DNA of 64,000 nucleotides from Klebsormidium nitens. Its lineage: Eukaryota; Plantae; Klebsormidiophyceae. The translations under genes were made by a program, and so were the position numbers. Below, one piece after another: positions 38,101 through 49,383 of the stretch (position 1 is the first letter of the stretch; each line of letters begins with the position of its first letter). The stretch spans positions 124,001 through 188,000 of the forward strand of contig DF237064.1 of assembly GCA_000708835.1 (NCBI GenBank), written 5' to 3'. Under the pieces are notes generated by a model that had not been told where the DNA came from, did not search any database, and saw only the letters and a list, made by a program, of their open reading frames with translations.

Positions 38101-39355
38101 GGTTTCGGAGTAGGAGTGACTCCATTTTGTTTAAGGTTTCGTCAGAACGGCAATCTTATCAGCTTCCGGGGACCATCTGTTGGCCCCGAAAAGACTTCAT
38201 CGGTCTGTCCTGTTCCTGCGTAGGTTGGGCAAACGGTTTGGGGCTTGTCCCCCATTGTGATCTGCAGACGAGAGCCCCGACCGGTCTTTGCAATTGCAGC
38301 AAGGGGACACGTGTCGTTGAGTCTCGTCAATTGCAAAATCAAGGGATCAAAGCTTTGCGGCATTCGCGGATGCAAAGTGAGAGTTGATGACCGTTCCTAA
38401 TGCGTTACAGGGACTGCAAGGTAACGGAGCAGCTGGACTACTACTCCGCGGTCGCGCTCCTCGGCTTCTCCCTCATCGTCGCACTGATCCGGGCGCTGGG
38501 GCTCCGAACCGAGGCGGCGCAAGTGACCGTGTCCGCGCCAATCATTGGCTTTACCACGACGCACATCTTCGCTCTCATGACCTTCATTGACGACTACTGT
38601 GAGTTTTTCTACCTTCTTTGTTTCGTGGAGCTGTGACGCGAGCAGTCGAGAAAAGTTCTACCTGATTGCAATCACGAGTCGAGAAGTGGAACAAGAGAGT
38701 CCTTTGAAGTGAGCAGACTGCCAAAGCAGTCGCTCCACGACGAATGTGGTGGTGTTGCAATAGATTCACGAAAGTGGTCACGAGCGATTTTGCACTTTGA
38801 CAATTGCATCCAACATTTTCGAGTCGCGTACCTTAGGATCAACGAACACAGTTTGAGGGTGCTTTTCTCTCGTAGTGCCTTTCGACCTTTCATAATTCAG
38901 CTTGGCGTGGCTGAGCCTTGTGTAATCGGCCCTTGTTAATTTCCGCCCTTCGATAGAAGATGCAATCGTTGATTCTTCTATCCGTACTCTTCGTTACACT
39001 TGGCAACCGCTTTCGTCTCGCATAGCCACCGTCCGTTTCTGCAGCATGGAACATGAAGGTCTGCCTGACGATGGGCGCACTCCAACTTGGGACGTGGGCG
39101 ATTTGGGGCGTTCGGTCGAGACACCCCAGTCTTCTCAAGCTGCTCGTTGCAATCTTGGGGGTTGCTGGTGCGACTGCGCTCGAGGTGTTTGATTTCCCCC
39201 CTTATTTTGGAGTTTTTGACGCGCACTCTCTGTGGCATGCTGCGACGGTGCCACTTGTGCTACTCTGGTGGAGTTGGGTCAACGATGATGCTCGATACGT
39301 CGCTCAAAAGGCTTTGAAAGGCAAAGACGTGGCAGAAAAGGGCAAAACTAGTTAG
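35105..39355 (+). CDS. PGAP3: Post-GPI attachment to proteins factor 3 (Per1-like), 6 exons, ~368 aa
   Basis: Exons 35105-35223, 35838-36006, 36519-36647, 37144-37334, 38411-38598, 39045-39355, all in phase. A signal peptide is followed by ASSGD. Per1 motifs: C.SECKYQCM, KYYGKWPFKRV.GAQEPAS, NAWLWSAVFHARD, LDYYSA, EVFDFPPY..FDAHSLWHAAT. Confidence 0.94.
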
Positions 39356-42208
39356 AAGTCGTGTGGACGTTTGCTTGCACTCTGCGTATATAAAAACTCA
39401 GGTAATTGCAACCTTAGCCGTGGTAGTTGATAGTGTCTATGTCGGACCCTGCCCTTACAAGCTTGCGGTCTGGCTGCGGCGTTGCAAACGAATTGGCGAG
39501 GAAGACTGGATAAATCAAGTCCAAATGTTGATGACTGTGTGACACTTTCTAATGGGACTCGCTTGACGGCCCGCGGCGGCAGCATCACATCTCAACGTAG
39601 ATTTATCACAAGGCATTCAGCAGTCGTGCACGTGACATAGGTATGCCAAAGCGTGCGTAATTTTCGTACACGTTGGTCACGCTTGCCTCCTGTGTCCGAT
39701 CAGCATGTGCCATCGGTTAGGAACTCATTGCGTACTGTACGAATGAGTCCGCGATCGAGCTTGCGTCCAGAGCTGACCGAGCGTACAGGACAGTAAATTA
39801 GTGACTGATAGTACGCCGCGCATTGCCGGGCCAGGCTGGGCTCCTCCGCCACTGGGCCAGGTCGTATTGAGTGCTCAATGTCTGTCAGTGACTCACGGTC
39901 TACTCATGGTGCCCGTTGTACCAGGTCGGTACGTAGACCGGACAGTCACGATCAAGTCACAATATGTCCACGCGCGGTGTCCGGGCACGGCGACCCGTTC
40001 AAATATGTTGAAGCAATTTCATGATTGCACTCACTGAGGCCAGTGCATCTGCTTGAATAGCCTGCCCGGCCGTGCGGCTTGTAGCACGTCGCTTGCGCAT
40101 ATATATTTCACAAATACGCCAGCTAGCTTAGATTGCCTGGAATTAGTGAGTATATTGAGTGGCCGGACTCACATTCTCGTACTTCGCAGCTCAATTCAGA
40201 TATTTCATGTGTCGCCGGTCGACCATACTCACCGTCGTAGCCCCCGGGGCGGCCCCTTCTCTACACGTCATGAACGTCGATCCAAGGCGACGCAAATGCT
40301 GCATGTATCGAATTGATCACGTACTGGCAGCATGAGTCGGACTCCATAGATCCACAGGCTTAAGAAGGTGCTTGCCTAAGAAACTTGAAAGCGGCCTGCT
40401 CGTGTGTTGTGTGCACGCTCGAACCTGACTGAGAGGGTGTCCGGGCCTATGGCGGGTCCCTTATCCCGCTCTCAGAGCCGAGCTGCACAGTGATCATATA
40501 CTTACACTTTTACACTTTAGCTCGACAAAAGCCTCCGCACAGTATACCGTACATAACCCTGCCCAAAAGCCCCTGGAAACGTGCCACCAGTGCCGAATTT
40601 CAAGCTCAGGCTGCCTATTTCTCGCGCTTCGACCACCGTAATTACTACACAATTACCACCGCGGGGACCACAGCGGGCGGCCAGCTTAAATCTGTACGTT
40701 CCAAAACTTGCAGTACTTTCATCCTAGTAAGTCAGTATGGTCGATCATACAGTCTTGATCAGCCGTGCCCGCGTTTCCTTACTTCACATCGACTTCCCTG
40801 GCATATTAGCCTTCAGCTAGCCCCCCTAAGTGGACAATCGCGGCGTTGCCTCTGGACCTTTAAAGCTTTGCTGGTTCCTCTCCGCGTGTTTGCACGTTCT
40901 GATTTGCAGTATTGAGACAAGGCAATCTCGCGGTCATGATGATGAATCACCCTGACGACACCAGCAGCTTCTGCTCCAATTGACGCCCAAGCCTTGCCTT
41001 CATGAGATCATGCAGAAGGTACGGTGAATATTATTCCTTCGAAGTCGCGGCCGCACTGCGCGACTGAGGGTTTAAGACAGGCAGGCTCCACAAGTTCGGG
41101 TGCCAGCCTACGTAGTACCGTACCGTACGGACTGAGGACTCCGGGACCGTCTGATCAATCCACTGAGCTATCGCGGGTGCGCGGCCGCGCGGCCCCCGGT
41201 CCGATCACGGCGTGCATCCCATGCGCACCGGCTGCGCACATCCAGCAAATTCATGTTAGCCGTCCAAGGAGGCGCCTGTCCATTTGACCCTCGAACAACA
41301 TAGTCACTTGGCTAATGTTTACTTCTAGTAGCTAGCTTTGGCATTCACGAGTGGGCCTGCAATATCAGGAATCCTACCATGCGCGGAGCCACCACAACAT
41401 GACACATGCATTACCAATTCAGTGATGGTAGGCCTGATTTTAGCTGCTGGAGGGAATGTTTCGGACCAGATCCCAGGCGCCGGAACGTATCGATACATTG
41501 AATGATGGCGCATAATGATGAAGAGGTGCCTGCTGTACGACCGTAATGAATGCCAAGCATATTGCCGGAGTAGGTTTTACAAGATAGTGGACATGGAGTA
41601 CTTCGCCGGGATGACAGGCAGACATATCGTTCTTGCTGGTACTCATTATGGACGTAAACTTCAAAAGTAGCCACAAAATGCTGTAACCAATCAAAATGAA
41701 TGACAACAAGCGGGCTCATGCCGCGCTTGTTGAAAACTCGTGATGGGATTCCCTTTGGGGGTCCCTCCTGGGATTTTCTCCATGCTCTCATGTTCGAAGC
41801 AAAACTTTCTGATACCGTCAAAACAGCCCACAGAAACAAGCAGCCCAATTCGTTTCTCTGCTCGATCTACACGATTGCCGCCACGATAGCGGGCAGCTTA
41901 CGACTTCTAGACGTCGACCTTTAATTGCCGTATTCGACTTCAACCCTTGCTCACGAAGTGCTCACGTTCCCATGCATGATTGGTTCCAAACCTGACCGTC
42001 TATACTGAAGAAGTCCCGCGACCTTCAACTAGACTACAGAAGACGTCGTTCAACCTCAGCTACGTGTGCACTGTAGATTATCAACGCAAGCGCCGTAGAC
42101 CATAAGCTATGCCTTCCCGTCCGGTTATTCCTCATCCTCGCACTTTTCCGCGACGCACGCCCGGCTGCGCGTCTTCACGTCTGACGTCACCTCCTTGGTG
42201 AGGCACTC

Positions 42209-45200
42209 CTAGAAGCTCTTGTTCAGCTCCTCTCTGTCCAGGTTGCGCCCGATGAAGCACAGCCGGTTGACACGTGTCTCGCCCGGCTGCCACGCCTTCC
42301 CGACGCCGTTCGCGGATGACGTCATGCCCATCAGCATGTGGACGCCTGCGCACGGGGTGACGTAATGTTGGGAATCAACGATGATCAGTAGTAAGAATCG
42401 ACGTGAGCAGCTGCTGAAGACGGCGATGGTCCTGGCATTCTCGTCATGCTGTCAAACCATTCAGCCCTCTAAGTTGTGGAGGAGAAAAGCAGGATTCTCA
42501 GCGTTCCGGTCAGATGAGTAGCCGACCGTTAGAAGAGTTTGTTATCGGTAGCCCTGTTCATGACGGGGCGTTTTTGTGGAGGCGACGTGTTTCTCCGACC
42601 AAAACTACCAGCGGGAGCCCGAGTTGATACGGATAAAGCCTGAACGAATGTCCGAGAGAGATATGGCTTCCTGCTCTTTCGGCGCTCAGAGCTTACCCTG
42701 GAACACGAACTTCTCGTCCGTCCCCGCAACGGATAGAAGCCCCTTGGACCGGAAGATAACCGTACCCTTCTCTCTCAGAAGCGTGCTCAACCATCTGCAT
42801 ACAGAGAAAGATGGTTAGCAAGAAGATATAGAAGGAGGATCCCATGAAGAGACACGTTGCATCAGACCTTACCTGCCGTATGACGGCTGTCTTTCACTTG
42901 CGACAAGGACTTGAGTACGTCGATCAGACGTCAACTTTGCAGACCGGCCTGATTGTATCTTGGCAAGGAAAAAGTGACAGCACCTTGCATATCCATCACT
43001 AGAAACCTCGAATGGCGGTTGCAAAAGGTGCAAAAGTTCCGTCACTCTAAGTTAATAAAGGCGGCTCTGCCAATGACGCAGGTTGCAATAGAAAGAGGTT
43101 AGCTCCGAAAGCGGAGCAGTGGAAAACAATCGGGGAGGGCGCACTTGTTGAGTTTCTTCATGTCGACGTTGCCCTCCAACAAGATGCCCACGCTGGACAC
43201 GCTGACGTCATGCATGTGCTCAGCATCGACGTCCATAAACTCGGGGTCCATCTCCATGACGCGGCCCAGGTCGAACGCCTGCGCGACACGTGGCACTTTC
43301 TTAAGAGACCGATTGCTTCCCCTTGAGCGAAGCGATGCTGGCTCATATGCACGTCGAGGTTTATCTCACCGGAAAGCACAACTAGTGCTTGGAAAATTTC
43401 GGTCTGGGAAATTTCTCGGACAAAGAGCAGAATGAGATACCCGTTTTCACAATTTGATGAAGTTGCAACAATTATTTGGTACAGGCAAACCGTCGAAACG
43501 ACACGAGTCCGTGGATGTATTTTGCAGAATGTGCTGGCGTCGATCAAGTATATTCTTGAACCTCTCTTCACCAGTACAAGTGTTTGGATATCCGATCCCA
43601 CTGGGCGACCCAAAGGCTTGCAGTTGCCTGCTTTCTACGAATGCTCGAAAGCAAGCTGTTGCGACGAATCTTTACTTAACGATACAAATAAGCAATCTCG
43701 GGATGACAGAGGAAAGTTGGATCAGAGAGGACAAACCAGTACGTGCGCGGACGCTCACCTTCAGGCCCAATATCTCATTCAGAGGCACGCGCGAGTTCTG
43801 GCAATCAATCATGTCGCAGTACTGTGGCGGTTGAAAGCAACACGTGTCAGTTCGACGCCTTCGGAACCTTTGCTTCCAGTATCGAGGAAGGGGATTGCTT
43901 CTTGTAACCTTTCCTTGCCGGGAATTCTGTGCTAAGATGGAGATATGATCGACCAGACAACGTACGTACAGATTCGGAGATAAGTAGGGCGGCACCTTCA
44001 TGCATTCCACTGTCAACTCCATTGCCCACTTTTTGAACAATCCTTCTCTCGTCTTACCAATCAGTTTTGAAACCTTGGTGTTTCTCCTATTCAACCATAT
44101 ACTCTCTCAAGAAAACTCTGACCAAAGGCGTCTGCACCACTTAGTTGGGCACTTTGTCACGATGAATGATCTCGTTTTGCGGTAGCCGACCGCAGCAGTC
44201 GAGAGGCTTTTCTCACCCTGTTGATGGCGCGGATGCTCTTCTTCACTCGCTCCTTTTCTTCGGGCGTCACGAGATCGATCTGAGAACACATTGTTTTTAA
44301 AGATCAGCCTCTCCACCAGGGCGTTGGAAGCCACACTCTTACGACACGATAAATCGTTCTTGCGGAAACTCGCAGGATAAAAGGTGAGTCCGTTCTTACA
44401 AATCGAAAGAATTCTGATAAGCGTGCCGCTCTTACCACGTTCTTCCAAGCACGATGCCGAGAAAATCAGACGCTTTAGTGCTTATCCTTTTTGAGTCGGA
44501 GGGTCAAAAAGTCCAGCTCAGCTTCCTGGCCGTTCCAATAATAATCACCATCCAAGACCTTCTGTAAAGGCTTGGGTGATGATTCATTTACCTTGTTTAG
44601 TAGGATCTTGTCGGCAAACGCGACCTGTTCAACTGCATGAGAGAAAGGCAGAGGGCTCAACACTTGTCGTGACCAAATCTTGAATTATGCTCAGGTCAGC
44701 AGTTTCCGTCTGGCTCTTTGTACCCCTTGTGTTAACCTTGAACCTGTCAAGAAAGGTCTTTTATCACTGACCGGCCTTGGATTTTGATGTCTTTCAAGGT
44801 CAAGCCTCGCCGCTGGGAATACCAGGAACGGCACAGCGCTTGTCACTCCCACAAACTTCGAACCCAGCGAGTGCAAAGAAGAACATGGTTGGCAGAGTAT
44901 CCGAAGCGGAGTTGCCTCGTCCCTCGTCACGACTCAAACAGGGGAATCTGGGATTGTCCTGCCCCAGTTCTAGCAGTCACTTACACTGGATCAAAGCCAC
45001 TGCCTTTCGACGCACTTCAGAAACAGAGGCCTCCGCAACTGACTTGGATGTTGAAGATCTCTGCCTTGTGCTCCGCTCTAATACATAACACTACCCAAGC
45101 AGAGAAAGGACTGTCCATGTACCCACGTTTTTTTAAAAAATTGACCGTCTAAAAAGCTCTGTTTGAAAGCAGACAATCGGGGCCGCTGATCTTCCTTTTC

Positions 45201-48200
45201 CTTCAACTGCGACTAATCTGTGACTCGCCATATGGTTATGTGACCTTCCCTGCTTTTGATTCAGAGCCTGTGAACCACTGAACCTTCGGATTCCAACCTT
45301 CCCTTTCCTTCGTTTCAGACCCTGTGACTCGCGTGAACCTCTGAATCTGACCTTCCCTCTTTTTCGATCTCGGACCCGTGACTTTCAAAGTTATAGGAAC
45401 GTCACGGGGCCGGAGAAAAAGAGCCCACATAATCGTTCTCGGCGCCGACCTTGCAGATCCCCTCGCTCGATCGGACCCTGTGACTCGCTGTAATCTCGAA
45501 GCTTCCCAGCTACATCAAATAAGGAAACAAAAGAGAGGTTCCACGTACCTTACCCGTTCTCGACGCCATCGGGCTTCTTCTCCTTGAGGTGCTGCTCGAT
45601 GTGCTTGGCGTCCACGACCGTGAGGATGGAGTCGATCGTAAACAGGTCCTTGATGTCGTCACCCACGAAGGACGTCTGGAACAGAGAACAACAAAGCCCG
45701 TACTTCTGATCTGTGTTCAACTTTCCTTGCTCGAAAACTATCAGGCAGGAAGGAGTGTTTCGGCAGCTGAAACGAAACTGATCAAGTACACGTGCAGAAG
45801 CCGATCTTGGGCGGAGAAGCACACGTTTCTGAGCTTTTTGTGAGGTGTAAGTGAAACAAGCGGAAGACTGAAGAGAAGTCACGGCCTGGATGCCAAACGG
45901 ATTCACTTCTCACCTGAGCGACGGGGGCCGGATCTGCAAGCCCAGTGGTCTGCGGGACAGATAGTGATGGGATCAGGGGACTCAGACAAGTCCAATGCAG
46001 CAAGCCGTCTGCGAGAAGTGGCCGTTCCCTTGTGCAAGAGTTTCTCGGTTTCTCCACGAACTCAATCTACTGCACTTTTTAAACGCGGGCTGGCATGAGC
46101 GAATCCTTCTTCGTCCATGCACAATAAGCATTCAGGTGACGAATCTACAAAATGGCGCACCAAACATGCCGTGCGTGTCGAGTTGCTCAAAGGAACGGCC
46201 CGTTCATCAGCCGACCGAACGAAACAACGGTCAGACGCGCAGCGATTAGAGACTGCGCACCCTTCAAACGAACATGCGAAGTTTTTAGCGATAGACCCAT
46301 AAGAACGATTTGGCTTGTTCCAAAGCGCCGCAAGAAACGAGGACGGGGTCAGCCGTACCTCGATAATGATTGCGTCGAACTGGTTGCGCCGCGCAGCCAG
46401 CTTGGTTAGGATGCGGATGAGATCGCCCCGGACGGTGCAGCAGATGCATCCATTGTTCATCTCGAAGATTTCTGTACAAGGGAACAAGGGTAGTATTTTT
46501 AAGCGGGGGTCATGAACGCGTTCCTTTTGCGCTGGCTCAAATGCCGCTCCAAGAGAAGGCCGTCCAAAAGGTATCTTTCTTATTTTCGATAGGGCAGTCG
46601 ACTGTAGAATTTTGCTTTTGCAATCAACTCTAGCGGCTGAAATGACCCAAGATATGGCCGGTGGTGACTTGATGCGTCTTCCAATACGTGGAACTTATAA
46701 GTTGACAGCCGGACAAAGTTGCTCCGTCTGCAAAGGGAAAGGTTATAAGATAATGGGGACTAGGGTCCACGACCTTACTGACGACACGTAGCAGAAACAT
46801 TGTCGCAAACTGTTCGACGATTGAGCGCTTTCCGAGCTTTGGAAGTTTTGAGAAGTATCGCTGCACTCTGCATGGAAATCTGTTGGGCCTTCAGAAGGCA
46901 TATAAAGTCAAAGTCGTGTCTCAGCAAATCTAGTGTCAAGGACAGCAAAATCGATACCAAAACAGACCTGAGGACCGCCGTTACTGGGCTGAATCGATTT
47001 CTGGTGACCAAGGATCCGCCAAACCCACCTTCTTCCGTGTCAACGACCAGAGCGTCATCGATTCCAACCTCACCAAACCTGCAAAACAGAGCTTCAGTGC
47101 TTGGAGCAATCAGTTTGCATCTCGAAATTGTGACAGGAACTTCATCTTTCTCTTTGCAAATGTAGCAACGAAAGACACTAGGCTCCGAAAGGCAGATTGG
47201 AAGAAGCCAAAGGTCTTTGACAAAACTGGAAGACCACAGCAATGGGTCCAGTAGTATCCAGCACATCAAGCAAGGCCAATGAGATAGAAGCCCGGAGTTT
47301 TGGCTCAAAGATGCCCAACAAGGAGAGAGTCATTGAGGTAAGAAAGGCCAGTTTGGCAGAAGCCAACAGTGACTGGAAGGTGCGGGGCAAACGATAACGG
47401 CCCACGTACTCGATGAAGGCAAATAAGTGAGAAGCACTTTTTGGCTAAGAAGCCCAGACCTGTGAAGCCACCTAATTGTAAGCGAATGCTATTCATTCGC
47501 CCAAAGCAAACAACACACTGCAATAGAGATTCAGAATGCGGACGTTGCACTTACTCGTTCTCAATGATGGCAATCTTCATGCCATGGTTCTCCTTCAAAA
47601 CTGCAGGACAAAATCCATACCTCAGTGAGAGGAGAACCAGAGATAGCTTGAGTCCGCAAAGTATCAGCGTTATGGGGGTCGAAAGGTCTGGATTTGCAAA
47701 GAGGTGGCTCCATGGATTTCCTCTTGTACTTTGCAGGTACCTTCCCCAGGGGGCTTTGGAGACTCCTGTGGCCATCCCTTTGGCTGCCCATAGATTTTGC
47801 CTCTAGGTCTGTACAGCCAGACTTCCCAATCAATGCACAAGACACCATTTCAGCGGGGCTCGGAATCAGCCAATTGCACTCACTACAAAAGGATCTCAGG
47901 CATCCTTCAAACCCGCTGCAGCACGAGGCACCTGAATGCTTCTGCGTCGGAAACTAGAGCATCAATGGCGCCACCAGCCAATAACTTCTATCCGTTTTAG
48001 TGCATGACAGCTCAAAGCAGATGAGTAGCTTCGCATACATAGGCCTGCTTACTGCCGATCTAGGTGGTAGATAAGGACGAGGTGAGTCCAAGAGCATAAG
48101 AAGGGGAGAACCAGTTTCACTACTTTCAGAAAGCTGAATCCAATTTCCCTTTCGAAATTGTGCACAAGAAAGCTATGTAGAGTAGAATCAAACCACTTCG

Positions 48201-48391
48201 CTGCCCTCAAAGTGGTTTGCAGGACTGGAATCGCGACTTTCCGCCAGCTATGCGCTTGACTTGGAAATCCAGTGCGGTGCTCAGTACTTACTATAGTTGA
48301 TGAGAGTGGTCTTTCCTGCACCCAAGAAACCAGTAACCATAGTCACTGGGATCTTCTTGACCGCTGTACCATTGCCGTTCTGCGCCGCCAT
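42209..48391 (-). CDS. COG0523/CobW-family (ZNG1-like) G3E GTPase zinc metallochaperone, 12 exons, with two apparent lesions
   Basis: Exons 48391-48292, 47600-47555, 47078-47029, 46471-46359, 45949-45914, 45675-45554, 44632-44592, 44279-44217, 43821-43759, 43278-43145, 42794-42697, 42345-42209. Motifs: IPVTMVTGFLGAGKTT, IENEFGEVGID, NNGCICCTVRGDL (CxCC), ETTGLADPAPV, QVAFADKILLNKID, and CobW_C GVHM...FIGRNLD. The exon 6/7 junction is out of phase, and a TAG interrupts the terminal FxxCL motif. Confidence 0.88.
45222..45490. repeat. Degenerate short tandem repeats in a CobW intron
   Basis: Recurring cctgtgactcgc / gaccttccct...ttt.gat(t/c)..ga.cc.gtga motifs at roughly 55-60 nt spacing. Confidence 0.5.
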
Positions 48392-49383
48392 CGTTCCAAG
48401 CTCGAGTTTTCCCCGGTTTCAAGCGAAGTACCCTTCAAACCCCGCAAGCGCTCGCTCACAAGACAGGACCGCAAAGGTTTCGAGTATGCACTGAGCTAGT
48501 AGCTGCAAAGCTGGCTGAATGCGACACAGTCCGCTCGTAGATTCGTATGCTTCTTTGAAGTGCGTGATGCAACACTTGACTCTGGAATGTAGACAACAGG
48601 AGGTCTTGATTCGACTTCACTCACAGCTCAAAAGCAGTCATAACACCTACTAGTTACGTAGTCAGCATAGGAATAGGTTCTGGCCTCGGTTGCTTTTGTA
48701 CCTACCTAGGCAGCTAGGCAGCCAGTGGCCACAGCGAGCGGAGCAATCTTCAAAGTACCGTAAACGTGGCCTCTACATGAGATATTGCTGACCACAAATC
48801 CGGTCCCACGAAGTTCTCATTCAATGGACGTGCATGGAGTGAACGTGTACCGGTGAAGCACATTACTACTTAGGTATACAGATTCCACTAGATTCGAGTG
48901 TACGGTAGGTACCGTATTGCTTCACCATGTACACACATAAACGCCATGTAGGTATCTATTTGCGTGGCAGGGCAAATCGAACTGTGGGCGCCAGACTGCA
49001 GCTAGCCGTTCTCGCACTCCAACCTTGTTGCCAATCGGCGAGAAAGCAAATTGGTTCATACACACATACACGATTGTAAGCAGAGTGTGGGCCATTTTGG
49101 GACTCGTGCATGAGCGGTAAGCAGATCCACGACGACCTTGCCGCTGGGGCAAACCAAGATATGCTGAAGATTCAACGAAAGGGACAACGCACGAATGGCA
49201 CTGATGAACGCGGACGCCAAATGAAAGCCATCGCTCAGCCTGGCATGCTGTACGCGAAGGATTCACATCTTTCCAAACTCCGTGAATTTCCACACGTTGT
49301 GTAACGGATATCAGCCAGCTTTTGACAAACGTTACGCTTCAGACAAATATATGTTTTGACAGATGACACGACCCTGGTCTTTG

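Noticed and set aside
40410-40489. TPP riboswitch or HDV-like ribozyme reading of the stem-loop
   Set aside because: CTGAGA and GAACCTGA occur in the wrong order for TPP, and there is no G1 / P1.1 GG arrangement for HDV. Kept only as an unassigned structure.
39400-42100. ORFs of 60-145 aa in the PGAP3-CobW intergenic region
   Set aside because: No consistent splice structure, no exon-like codon bias and no recognisable domain; possibly decayed repeat DNA.
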